Positions 1 through 12,437 of a stretch of 64,000 bases of DNA are shown piece after piece. The position numbers and the translations under genes are program-made. The stretch's first letter is position 1; every line of letters starts with the position of its first letter. Source of the DNA: Leucoraja erinacea (Eukaryota); assembly GCF_028641065.1 (NCBI RefSeq), contig NC_073400.1:32054001-32118000 (forward strand). Direction: 5' to 3'. The notes below the pieces were generated by a model, which was given only the letters and a program-made list of their open reading frames with translations, was not told the DNA's origin and searched no databases.

Positions 1-89
1 GGAAACATAGAAAAATAGAAAATAGGTGCAGGAGGAGGCCATTCAGCCCTTCGAGCCAGCAACGCCATTCATTGTGATCATGGCTGATC

Positions 90-640
90 GTGGGCCATGA
101 TCAGCCATGGAGCTGGAGGCCTTGTTCGGGACTGACATTGAGCCCCACAGCGGCAATGTGGACCTACCATCGGAGTCCATCCCTTGCCTGGGATCGATGC
201 TCCAACCACGGCCTGCGGATGTCACCATCGAGGAGCTCACAGTCTTGGGTAGATACCGAGTCGGGAAGCTCCAAAGTCGCAGAAGGTTCGTCCAACCCCG
301 ACCAGGGGTCGATTGCCCGGCGCCGGGAGCTGATGCAGGAGCTGATCGCCCCAACGCGGAGGCCCGCTGCCGGCTGCGGGAGCCAAGATCGTCCCGTCAA
401 CAGAAGGCTCGAGGCCTTCGACCGCAACCGCAGGAGAACAAAGAAGGGAAGGGATTTAACTTTTTTTCACCTTCCACCACAGTGAGGAATGTGGAGGAGT
501 CACTGTAGTGGATGTTCATGTTAAAATGTTTTTTTTGTGTTTTGTTGGTTTTTCATGGTATGGCAAGTCAAATTCCTCGTATGTTGCAAAATATACTTGA
601 CTAATAAAAGTATGATTATTATGATCATGATTATTATGTT
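90..640 (+). mobile_element. GC-rich retroposon with LINE-like 3' tail inside a CR1 end
   Basis: Interrupts the CR1 3' motif; ends AATAAA plus TATGAT repeats. Confidence 0.5.
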
Positions 641-1110
641 TTGCAAGTTAAACACATACAGATATAGTGCTCACGTTAATGGACAGATATCCTGAGAGCT
701 GGATCAGAGAGTGAGAATTCTACCACAGCATTTCACAAGCTATAGGAGTAGTATTAGGCCATTCAGCCCATCGAGTCTACTCCGCCATTTACCCATGGCT
801 GATCTCAGCCACCTAATCCCATTTACCTGTCTTCTCCCCATAACCCTTGACACATGTTCTAATCAAGAACTTGTTTAGCCCTCTGACTAAAGAAGTTCTT
901 CCTCACCTTTTTTAAAAGAGCGCCATTTAATTCTGTCACCTCTGATCATAGACTCTCCCACCAGTGGAAGCATCCTTTCCACAACCACTCTATCTATGCC
1001 TTTCATTATTCTAACCTGGAATTTGGGGAGCTAAAAGGAATACATTGGAATAAAAACTAATAGTCATAGTTTCATGTAGTCCATTATATCACAATGGTTC
1101 TTGTTCTGAC

Positions 1111-1177
1111 CTGTGATAAAGTATTGCATAGAAAGGCACCTCAGTGCTTTGTCCATTATGTTCTGATGGAGCAGTAT
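1111..1177 (-). CDS. Possible CPSF6/7-like exon 5
   Basis: tttgcctatatcag| acceptor, phase-1 open frame DTAPSEHNGQSTE.., candidate donors after 1140 or 1111; no recognisable homology. Confidence 0.25.
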
Positions 1178-2300
1178 CTGATATAGGCAAACATAGCAAG
1201 CATTCTACAACTATATTCCAAACAAATATTCCAAACTTCTGCAGAAGTTTAGTTTAGTTTAGAGATACAGTGTGGAAATAGGCTTTTTGGCCCACTAGTT
1301 CTATCCTACACACTAGGGACAATATACAGATCCCAATTAACATTACCAAATACACATCTTCGGAATGTGGGAGCAAACTGGAGCACCTGGAGAAAGTTCA
1401 CAGTCACAGGGAGAACTTCTGGTGCTGTAAGGCAGGAACGCTACTGCTGCGCCACTGTGAAGACTAAAGAAGTTTGGTACATCTCAACCGACTCTTATCA
1501 ACTTCTACAATTGCACTGTAGAGAGAATCCTATGAGAATGCATCTTGATTTGGCAACAGCTCTGACCAAGAATGAAATAAATTTCAGAATTGTGGCTGTA
1601 ACCCAGTCCAACACACAAACCAGTCTGCCTCCCCACCTGCACATTACATTGCATTGGAAATGACCATTTACAGCCCAGTCATTTCCACTTCTCATTCTCC
1701 CGTGTGTCAGAAGATACGAAAGCTTGAAAGCACATACCACCAAATTCAGGAAAAGCTTATTCCCCGTTGTTATTAGAGTACAAAAGCATTCTCACATAAA
1801 CCAAGGGTGTAGTGCCGATATTCCAACCTATCTCACGTTGGCCCTAGCATCTTTTAAAAGATCTGTACTTTTGTCGTAGCCCTAACACTATGACGGTGTA
1901 ACATTAAATTCTGAGCTGTGGTATTTTTTGCTTTGTACTACCTGTGTACTTGCGTGGGACTTGGTAGTACTTAATTTTTTTAACTACTCTTGTGCGTCCC
2001 CTCAACCTCTGATGCACTAGAGGAAACATTCAAGTCACCCTACAGCCAACATTCGGTGGTGCAGGCAATATCCTGGCCAACCTCATCCGCAACCACTCCA
2101 AATCCTCCACTTCCCCTCTGCCATGCTATGACCAGAACCTCACACAACACTCCAAGTTTGCTAAGAACGGAGTTCTGTAACCAATAAGACATCCTGGTAA
2201 AGCTGCCTCCCCAGTTAACATAAAAGATCTATAAAATATGGAACGGAATCCTCTTTAATCCAGTCTCCCTCAAACAACCAAAAGTAATTTTTCAACTCAC

Positions 2301-2446
2301 CATTTATGAACTGTGTTTCAAAATACTGCCGGTTTGATATGTTAAGGTACCGGACATCAGGAACCCTCCCGTGAACCTTTTTCTTTGGAAGCATTTCCAA
2401 CAATCTGTTGACATCCCAATCCGAGGTCAAATCCACTCTGGCAAAT
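2301..2446 (-). CDS. CPSF6/7-like exon 4 (RRM C-terminal half)
   Basis: ttctatttag| acceptor, G|gtgagt donor, 146 bp; FARVDL..LLEMLPKKKVHG..YFETQ. Confidence 0.9.
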
Positions 2447-5400
2447 CTAAATAGAAAATGATTACTTTTAATGGAGAAACAAAGAAATGCAGATGCAAGC
2501 TAATACACAAAAGGACACAAAGTGCTGGAGTAACTCAGCAGGTCAGACTTCATCTCTGGAGAACCTGTACAGGTGACGTTTCAGGTCGAGACCCTTCTTA
2601 TTTTTTTTAAATTCCAAAGTGACCCTATTACAAATCTTTTAGATGCAGACCAATGTTTTAATTAATTTGGGTACAAGGTTAATGCTAAGCACTTTTGTAC
2701 AAGTTCTCACTTACCCTTTCGATTGACCACCTTTTGGAACTTCATAAAATCTGATTTTATCAACATTACATATTCCAGCCGAGCGAATGCAGCTTGCCAG
2801 GTCCTCCTCAGTTGTCCACTGTAAGAAATCATCATACAAATTTAACAAGTTTAAGAACAAGGAGTAAGCCATTCAGAACAGACGAAGAGACACTTTTTCT
2901 CACAGAGAGTGGCGAGTCTGTGGAATTCTCTGCCTCAGAGGGCGGTGGAGGCAGGTTCTCTGGATGCTAGATAGGGCTCTTAAAAATAGCAGTCAGGGGA
3001 TATGGGGATAAGGCAGGAACGGGGTAGTGATTGGGGATGAGCAGCACTGCAGAGGGTGGTGAAAATTGCCCAACGCATCACTGGTTCCTCACTCCCCTCC
3101 ATTTAGTATGTCCAAAGCAAGCGTTGTCTGCGAAGGGCGCTCAGCATCGTCAAGGACTGCTCTCACCCCAACCACAGACTGTTTACCCTCCTACCATCCG
3201 GGAGGCGCTACAGGTCTATTCCAAATCTACTACCAAAAAAAAAAATCTAACAAAAATCAAAATAAGCACAAAGAAATGTCAAAACACTCATAATCTGTCA
3301 ATCATCATTATTTCAAGAGAAATGCTGTGTCCTTTGTTTCACATAAGTGTGGCTCACCCCTGACTCAACCGACCATGCTATACAACCCGAGGGTTTCTCC
3401 AAAGATACAAAAAGCTGGAGTAACTCAGTGGGACAGGTAGCATATCTGGAGAGAAGGAATGGGTGACGTTTCAGGTAGAAACATTTTTCTCCATTGTCCA
3501 CAATCTGTACAGAATCCTCAGGCAAAAGGGAAGGTGGCAAGTTTTAATATTTGGTCAATGCTTCGTGGCTCACTGATGTGATAGTCATAGGTAATTCTGC
3601 TTCCCTATACCTTTATACAAAATTTATACAAAACGTTGCCCCTTTTATCCATGTTGCACAACATCCCAAGCCAACGCCAAGGTGGCACTGGACAAATTAT
3701 ACTTGGTTGTCAATTCTCTTAAACAAACCCGATGCCCTGTTCATCATGGTCGTCAACTTCAATCTAGCTAACCTCAGGAAGCCCATTGCTTTTTTCCCCA
3801 GAGATGCTGCCTGTCCGGCCGAGTTACTCCAACATTTTATGTCCAACTTCAGGAAGGTGCTCCCCAGCCACCATCAACGTGTCTCCTGTCCCACACAGGG
3901 TGTTAGCATTCTGAACCACCACCACACCACCAACTACGCCCCTCTCTTCATCCCTGGCCCTCACTTCTGACCATCTGTCGGCTCTGCTCCTACCAACTTA
4001 CAGCAAGAGAATGAAGTGCAAGATGCGAACAAAGAGAGCAATGCATCATTGGTCGAAGAGGATGAATGGTTACTACTAAAACTGCCTCGAGCTGGTGAGC
4101 TGGAACACATTCAAAACCACTTCATCCAGCCTGAATGAGTATTGACACAAAGTGCTAGAGTACCTCCACAGGTCAGGTAGCAATCCCGGAGAACATGGAG
4201 CCCGAGTATGTCTCGATTGTCACCAGTTTCATCAAGAAATGTGCTGGACTGCGTTCAATTCGCAGTTCAACTCCAAATCATGGTGAATTCACACAGATGT
4301 TAGCAGGCTGAAAAATGTGCACAAACCATTACTGAAATATCGCTAAAAATGGTGTCTGCTACAAAACACCTCATTAGCACACTTCCCATGGCATCAAAGA
4401 TAAATTTGGATTTTTTAAAAACAAAATCACTGTTGTAACTGCTGAGCTTTCCATTGACTATCTAGTGAGACGATTATCAGCAAAATGCTTGAAATAGTTT
4501 CTCTGTCTCAACTGGTCCCATCCACAGAATCTGCCTCAAGCATATGCAAGCTTACTCCCACTGAAATGTTGACCATTGAACCATTCCTGGGCAAAGCTAG
4601 CCAGTGCTGCAAATTATTCAGGTGCTGTCATACCACCTAGCACAAATCCCATTGCTATCATTCCTACCCCATCCTACTAAACATATCTTCCCTCTCTCCA
4701 AACCCAAGAAAGAGCCTTAAAAACAATTTAGTCCTTTCAAACAAATATCAAATTGACAACTTTCTTCATAGAGCAGCTTATTTTACTCCCAATTAAAGTG
4801 GCTACTTGTTGTGTAAATCACACATACTCACAGATCTGGTATAACAATATTTATTGGGCAACGCATACAACATGCTACATACTCCTACCATGCAGCATAT
4901 AATAATAAAGCACTACATTCCTCTGCAGTCCACTGTTGCCCCAACTCACCAGAAAAACATTTCTGATTTGCCCGACTTGCTGAGTTACTCCAGCATGTAG
5001 TGACTTTTTTTGGAAACCAGCATCAGCAGTTCTTTGTGAAAATATTAATGAGCCCTGAACGCTTAAGTCTTAACTGTTTAGGTCTCCCAAATGCTGTACT
5101 GGATACGGACCACAACAACAAGGCAGGCACCCATGCTAAAGTTTTCACAGCTATTCTTGAATGTAAATTAAGTTTTCAAAGTAGCTATTTCTTTAGTTTC
5201 CATCTACCCACAGCACTAAGCATCGAGTCAGAATTGTTTCCACTAAGTTTCCTCATGCTAAGCATAGCTGGCCAGGGAGCAAGCAGAAATATACCAATGC
5301 CACACTATCAGTTCACCAAGCAAGTTGCGTTTAATGATACGTCATCATTTTACGTCACCACACAGACATCAATATCGTAGTGAATATGCTCACCCATGTC

Positions 5401-8400
5401 AGATTACCAATGAGCAAAGTCTTCTTCTCAGGAAGTACAACTTTATTCTGGCCTGTACGTTTGGGTGGAGTTGCTTTCCATCGATGAGCAGTAGTTAGAG
5501 TAATATTATTTGATGAGCACTGTGGCCGGAGATTACAAATGTTAGGTTTGATCCCGTTATTTAAAGGTACTCCTATTATATCATTGATTAAATCATCATA
5601 CAAATCCATCTGGCTCTGATTTTCATTTTGTGGCTGTGGAAAAAAAAATACAATGGTGAACACTTCACATTTAATGTCACAAGTTGCAGCAAAGAACTCC
5701 ATAATACATATGCCTGTGATTAGAATGTTCTATCATAAAAGGACCCTGATTGTTTCACTGTCATCTGTTTTTATACAACATTTTGCTCCATTGCACTGCT
5801 TCATATCATCTAATGATGGAACGATGAGGGAAATACCTTTACGGTATGCATTTTGTTTTAGTAGTTCAGTTATGTGGTGAATATTATATAGACCTACATC
5901 AATACACTTAAAAATCACTGTGAGGTGCCCTAGTACATGCCTGAAAAAAAATCTATACCATCTCATAAGTGTCAGTGTAAGGGGTAATGACTTTCTTGTG
6001 CCCCTCGATTAACAATCATCCTGCAATGTTTGCATTTTTTTTAACATTCCAACTCCAAGTGTAGGAAGGAATGGGGAGAAAGCAGCAATGGTGTACTGAT
6101 TTTGTATGATTAGCCAACGTCATATTGAATGGCAGGACTGGCTCGGGGCCGAATGGCCGACTCCTGAACCTATTTTCTATGTTTCTATGTAACTGAAGAT
6201 AGACACAAATCGAAGATAGACACAAAATTCCAGGTGGACAAAAATGCTGGAGAAACTCAGCGGGTGAGGCAGCATCTATGGAGCGAAGGAAATAGGCGAC
6301 GTTTCAGGTCGAGACCCCTCTTCAGACTGATGTGAGGATGGGGGGGGTGTGGCAGGAAGAAGAAAGGAAAAGGCGGAGACAGTGGACTGAGGGAGAGCTG
6401 AAAAGGGGAGGAGAAAGCAGGGACCACCTGAAATTGGAGAAGTCAATGTTCATACAGCTGGGGTGTAAACTGCCCAAGCGAAGTATAGAAACATAGAAAA
6501 TAGGTGCAGTAGTAGGCCATTCGGCCCTTCGAGCCTGCATTCAATATGATCATGGCTGATCATCCAACTTAGTATCCTGTACCTGCCTTCTCTCCATTCC
6601 CCCCGATCCCTTTAGCCACAAGGGCCACATCTAACTCCCTCTTAAATATAGTATGAGAAATATGCTCCTCCAATTTACGGTGGGCCTCACTCTGACCATG
6701 GAGGAGGACCAGGACAGAAAGGTCGAATTCGGAATGGGAGGGGGAGTTGAAGTGCTGAGCCACCAGGAGATCAGATTGGTTATTGCGAACCGAGCGGAGG
6801 TGTTGGGCGAAGTGATCAGTAGGCAATCACAATGAAGAATTCATAAAGCTTGCAAATTGGGGGAGGAGCACTATTTTTAAAACTTGAAGCTTTTACAGAA
6901 TGCCAATTTCAAAGCTGAAACAAACACACAACTGCAGAAAATACAAAGTGCCAGAGTATCTCAGCATGGAGGGATATGGAAAGGCAATATTTTGCATCAG
7001 GACCTTGCTTCAGACTGATTGTAGGAGTGGGGAGAAAGCTGGAAAGATACAGGTGAGGGGGGTTTATTAGCAGATGGGTAGAATAAATAACAACGGCTAG
7101 AGGGTACTTATGATTAAGTTAGCATCCACTTGAAGAAACCCCTTTCTATACGTCCTTCCCACGTATTAAAAAGTCAACTATATTCTGACATATTTAGTTG
7201 TGGACAATGAAGTTGAGACTGTTTGGGTAATAGGACGAGGGTTTTCCAGTAGTAATCACATGCTACTACATTAAAAGCTCACCTACACAATAACCAGCTG
7301 GTGTTTATTTTGATTTTTTAAACGATTGCCTTGAAATAGAGCAGTTCTGAATCATTAACTGTTTTTCATTACACCTGCCCAGTGGAGTGTTTCCAGCATT
7401 TGTTTTAATTTGAGTAGCATAACACTCCAGGGTTCCAATTGATCACATCTCCCCCTTACATTAATTTCTGGATCAGGATGTGATACGATGAAACGCTCTA
7501 CGTAGAGCATCACTCAGCACTATGATGGTTTAATAATTGTAGAATGACTTCCTATTCAGTTATTTAAGAAATAAGTCAGTATAAGCAGTGATAAATATCA
7601 GGAACACTAAGAACAGCATTTAAAGCCCATTAAAAAGTTATCAAGCAAAAGAGAACTGCTGGAGGAACTCAGCAGGTTGAACATACGGGGCAGGGGAAGA
7701 GGGAGACACAATCGACATTGCGAGTCGCGATGCAGGGTCTTGACCTGAAATGTGGAGAGTTATTTTCCCCTCCCACAGATGCTGTTCGACCCACCGGGTT
7801 CCTGCAGTGGGTTGTTTGTTGCTCCAGATTCTAGCACCTTCAGTCTCTTGATCAAAACACAAAGTGATGGAGGAACTCGGAGGGTCAGGCAGCATCTGTG
7901 GAGGGAATAGACAGACTACACTTTGTTTTTTTTATCTTCTAAAATAAAAACATTCTGAAGAAGGGTCCCGACCCAAGACAAGGTCTGCCCGTTCCATCCA
8001 CAAATGCTGCCTGACCCGCTGAGTTCCTCCAACACTTTCTTCTGATCAAGACTCCAGCACCGCATTTTTTTTTTGTATCTTTAAAAGCACCGAATGGTTA
8101 ATTATTTGTTTACAGCCCAACCTTTAGATTGTGCAGGATGTTTGGCCACAGAATGTTATGTGTAAAAAGGGAAATCTCGAGGGGGGGGGGGAGCGGCGGC
8201 AGCTCAGACCAAAGAAACTAGAAAGCCTGTTTTCTAAGATCTTTGGGTCGGACAGCTCCTCACCGAGCGGCTGTGTCCCGGGTTCCCACCCTCGGGCCCA
8301 GCCCAGCCCAGCCCAGCCCGGCCCGGCCCCACAGCAACGGCGCCCCCAGTTACAACCCAGCGCCGGATTTCTCCCCCACGCATCTCAGGCATCTCCCCGG

Positions 8401-8507
8401 GTGGCCCGCCGGCACCGAGGTACCTGCTCAGAGCTGGCGGCCTCCGCGCTCTCCGCATCCAGCAAGTCGCGTAGCGCCTGGCCGGCCATGTTCGTGCGCA
8501 CCGCCAT
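2301..8507 (-). CDS. CPSF6-like: Divergent CPSF6/CPSF7 (CFIm large subunit)-like gene, 5' part with full RRM; 3' end unresolved
   Basis: GT-AG exons 8424-8489 (or ATG 8507), 5394-5633, 2715-2818, 2301-2446 splice in frame: MAGQALRDLLDAESAEAASSEQ|PQNENQSQMDLYDDLI..LLIGNLTW|WTTEEDLASCIRSAGICNVDKIRFYEVPKGGQSKG|FARVDLTSDWDVNRLLEMLPKKKVHG..; matches CPSF6 motifs DLYDD, YIGNLTWWTTDEDL, GQSKGFA, LPKRELHG as recalled. Confidence 0.88.
2715..2818 (-). CDS. CPSF6/7-like exon 3 (RRM)
   Basis: tttcttacag| acceptor, GG|gtaagt donor, 104 bp; WTTEEDL..GQSKG. Absent from the ORF track. Confidence 0.92.
5394..5633 (-). CDS. CPSF6/7-like exon 2 (DLYDD to RNP2 LLIGNLTW)
   Basis: ttttccacag| acceptor, TGG|gtgagc donor, 240 bp open. 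Confidence 0.9.
6236..6820 (-). mobile_element. Penelope-like element fragment with nested CR1 end
   Basis: DHFAQHLRSVRNNQSDLLVAQHFNSPSH GIY-YIG remnant; CR1 tail ~6486-6650. Confidence 0.75.
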
Positions 8508-8630
8508 TTTACCACAGCCCATGGTGCCGCGCGGGCGCCGCGCTCCGCCCCGCCCCCCGCCCCCGGCTGCGCCCTCTGTGGCGCCCAGCGGCACTGCAGC
8601 CGCACAACAGCCCTGCCTCGACAAACTAGT
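8180..8630. promoter_or_regulatory. CpG island at 5' end of CPSF6/7-like gene, YY1-type motif
   Basis: GC/CpG-rich in AT-rich background; CCGCCATTTT 8501-8510; GC boxes ~8545-8565. Confidence 0.75.
8424..8489 (-). CDS. CPSF6/7-like exon 1 (start uncertain: ATG 8489, 8507 or 8522)
   Basis: In CpG island; ends CAG|GTACCT, phase 0, in frame with exon 2. Confidence 0.7.
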
Positions 8631-9395
8631 CTAGTACTAAGCAAAGGATCTTTGGTACTCAAGAAGGAACTGCAGGTGCTGGAAAATCGAGGGTACACAA
8701 GAGTCAAGAGTCAAGAGTCAATTTAATTGTCATTTGGACCCCTGGAGGTCCAAACGAAAAGCCGTTTCACAATGCAGCCACAGTAAACATTCATAACACA
8801 AATAGACCCCGCTGACACCAGTGCCATAATTACAGTGTCCGTAAACCGCAGAGTCACATCAGTGACTGAGTGCATGACTGTTTAAGCAGCCAAAAAAAAG
8901 GAAGCTTTTCAGCCTCTCCACTGCATGCTCGATATCTCCCCCCCCCAAGAGATCCAGTACAAGAAGAAGGAACTCACACAAAAAAATCTGGAGACAAAAA
9001 AGCGGAGTGCGGCAGCAGCATCTATGGAGCGAAGGAAATAGGCAACGTTTCGGGCCGAAACCCTTCTTCAGACTGATTCGGTCTGAACGAAATTATGTTG
9101 CCTGCAGTCATACACAGAATCAATAATAACAAAACATACAATAAACACAAATTAAACATCCACCACAGTGAGTTCACCAAGCACATCCTCACTGTGATGG
9201 AGGCAAAGTCTTAGTCTGAATGTGTTATATTTTTATTGTGGTTGTGTGTTCTTTATTATTGTACCGCTGCTGACAACCCAAAATTCCACCGACCCTGGTT
9301 GTGTGGCAATAAATTCTATCAATCAATCGTGTTGAATGGCGGCGCTGGCTCGAAGGGCCGAATGGTCTCGGAGTTGTTTTTTTTATTACAGCTGT

Positions 9396-9900
9396 CGACC
9401 AGTTGCCGTGTTGCTGTAGACGCCGCCATTTTCCTACCAGCCGCCGCTGCGCATGCGCGGCACAGGGTGTGTGCGCGTCCCGCCGGCTCTGCGCACGCGC
9501 CGCGTTTTGGCGGGAGTAGTGGTTGTCCGCCGGCCGTCGAGGAGCGGGAGGAGGAGGAGGAGAGACACGAGCGGCCGGTGCCCGGTGGCGGTGGGAGGGG
9601 AGGGACAGAGCGGGGTGGGGAGGGAGGGAGGAAGGGGGGGGGGGGGGGGAGGGAGGAAGGGAAAGGGGGGGGGGGAAGGAAAGGGGGGAGGGAGGAAGGA
9701 AAGGGGGGGGAGGAGGAAAGGAAAGGAGGAGGTAGTGAGGAAGAGGAGAGACGAGCGGCCGGTGCCCGCTGGCAGTGGGTGGGTGGGTGGGAGGGAGCGA
9801 GCGGGGTGGGGGAGAGAAGAGACGAGCTGAGGAAACAACGAGGTGGGACATTGTGAGCGAAGGGCGGGCGGGACAAGCGGTGGTTGGGGTCAGACCCACC
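9396..9900. promoter_or_regulatory. Second CpG island with YY1- and NRF1-type motifs and G-rich purine tract
   Basis: CGCCGCCATTTT 9421-9432, TGCGCATGCGCG 9448-9459, G/A tract ~9590-9750. Confidence 0.6.
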
Positions 9901-10619
9901 CGACTGGATGCTGTGAGGCTCCCGGACCAGCTGTGGCCTGGGCTTCACAACCTCACTCCTCAATGTTGAGCGATAAATCAATTTGACAGCCAACTCCCAC
10001 GCCATCCTCAAATCCACCTGGATTTTCTCTGACACCTCTATCCCCTTTGCTGATCTCTGTCCCCAACACTGCAGGTTGACTGTCAACTGACTCCCAGGGG
10101 ACAGATATCAAATGGCATCTCATCTATAAAACCACTGACACCCGCAGTTACCTCAGAGGGACAGGCAGCATCTCTAGAGAGGAATGGGTGACATTTTGGG
10201 TCAACCCAAAAACATCCATTCTCTCCAGAGATGCTGCCTGTCCCTCTGAGACTTGTGTCTATCTTCGGTGCAAACGAGCATCAGCAGTTCCTTCCAACAT
10301 ATCTGTAGTTTCTTCCTACCCACAGTTACTGTTCCCCTTCGCAGGGGACAGACTACTGACTTAACTCCCATTATTTAATCCCTTTTCTCATTTGCAGGGG
10401 GAAGACTACTATATACCCACTGAGGTATATAGTGTACTATATACCCACTGAGGGTCTACTATATACCCACTGACTCCCACAGTTAGCTTGACCACCTCCT
10501 TGCACGCTAAACTCAATTCCACTTAGACCACCTCTTTCTCCTTGAGCGGAGACCCAATCAGTCCCCCTAGCCTAACATTTTCGTCCGCCTGTCAGACCTC
10601 ACCCTCAACATTTCTCTTT

Positions 10620-11270
10620 TGAGGGTGTGAATGTGCTGTTTATCAAGGAATAAAAATACCTTGGTGTTTATCTGGACAGTAAATTAGACTGGTCCAAGAA
10701 CGCTGTGTAAGAAGGGATAGAGCTGTCTGTACGTTCTGAGGAGGCTCCGCTCTTTCTAGGTCTGCAGAAAGATCCTCCAGAAGTTCTATTAATCGGTGGT
10801 GGCCAGTGCCATCTTCACTGCCGTGTGCTGGGGCAGCAGGGCGACGCCAACAGGATTAACAAGCTCACCAGGAAGGCTGGTTCCGTCTTGGGGGTGGAGT
10901 TAGATTCAAGGGAGGTGGTCTTCAAGCGTAGGATACTCCTCAAACTGCAGAGCATCCTGGACAATACAGCTCACCCCGTCCATGACACACTGGTCAACCT
11001 GAGGAGCGCCTTCAGCGACAGACTGGTTCCACCAAGATGCAGCACAGAATGCCACAGGAGATCCTTTTTCCCTGTGGCTATCAAACTGTACAACTCCTCC
11101 TCCTTCTGTCGTGGGGTAGACTGACTTCCCCCTCCTTCCTCCAATCTTTGCACATCCCCAATCCTGGACTTTCCACTCGTCACTTTAATTTCATGTATTT
11201 TGTTGTGATATGACTGTTGGCAGACCAATTTCCCCCATGTGATAAATAAAGTTCTACCATATCATATCCA
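10620..11270 (+). mobile_element. Rex1/Babar-type LINE 3' fragment
   Basis: RINKLTRKAGSVLG..HPVH..RRSFFPVAIKLYN. Confidence 0.75.
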
Positions 11271-12421
11271 ACATATTCTCTTCAATTCTGCTACCTGCAA
11301 CGTGATCCCACCACGTCATATCTTCCCGTCATGACAGGTTTCCGCGGAGACCACTCCCTCTGCAACTCCTTGCTTCACTCATCCTACCCAACCCACCCCT
11401 TCTCTAAGTACTTTCCCCGCAACTGCAGGAGATGTAACACCTGTCCCTATGCACCTCTTCAAATCTCATCTACATGTAGTAGCTTCCTTTATGTCAGCAG
11501 AGACCCAATGACCTTTTAGCCAAATACTTGCATTCTGTCCAACAATGCATGATGAATCTTGCAGTTGCTAACTATTTTAATTCCCCTTCCATTATGTCCT
11601 TGGCCTCCTTCATTGTCAGAGTGAGGCCACCTGAATGTCACCTTACATTTTGTGTGGGGAGTTTACAGCCAAATGGTATGAACATTGTATTCTTCAACTT
11701 CCAAGGCAGGATCCAGGGAAGTGTTGAACAGAAACCTTGGAGTAGTTATGGAGTCATCTACAATGTGGAAACAGGCCCTTCAGCACAACTTGCCCATGCC
11801 GATCACCATGCCTCGTCTACACTAGTCCCACCATTTGGCCCTATCCATGTTCCTGTCTAAATGTTTCTTAAACATTGCGATAGTGGGTGTGTATAATTCT
11901 ATAAGATCATCCCTCATCCTTCTATGCTCCAAGGAATGCACCTACCCTGTTCAACCCCTCCCTATAGCTCAGCCCCTCGAATCCTGGCTACATGGTGGTG
12001 GAGGCAGGTTTGTTTTTATCATTTAAAAATAAATTGGATAGTTATATGGATGGGAAGGGAATGGAGGGTTATGGTCTGAGCGCAGGTATATGGGACTAGG
12101 GGAGATTATGTGTTCGGCACGGACTAGAAGGGTCGAGATGACCTGTTTCCGTGCTGTAATTGTTATATGGTTATGGTTAATGTGTGCGGAGTTTTGAAAT
12201 TCTGCTTTATGCAACTGTTTTAATCTCAGTTTGTAGATTATGAAGCCACTGGAACTAATTAAAACATATTTAAAAATTGTATATAATCTTTTCCTATCAT
12301 GGTGAAACCAGTCATAGGATTATATGGAGTCCCTACAAAAATTCCAGTGACACCACAGTAATCTCAGCTGCAGCAAGGATAATAAAACTGCAAAGGCTCA
12401 CAGCATCAAAACATCGGAACA

Positions 12422-12437
12422 ATGTTTGGACTGTGTG
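12422..12437 (+). CDS. Chitinase unit 1 exon 1 (MFGLC)
   Basis: acaATG with A at -3, G|gtaaga donor, upstream in-frame TAA; conserved in unit 3. Confidence 0.72.

Noticed and set aside
1990-2230. Minus-strand open stretch as next CPSF6-like exon
   Set aside because: Wrong phase for exon 4 and resembles a decayed LINE endonuclease N-terminus.
9225-10086. Long Pro/Gly-rich ORFs, tempting as the CPSF6 proline-rich region
   Set aside because: Upstream of exon 1; produced by a low-complexity G/A tract open in most frames.
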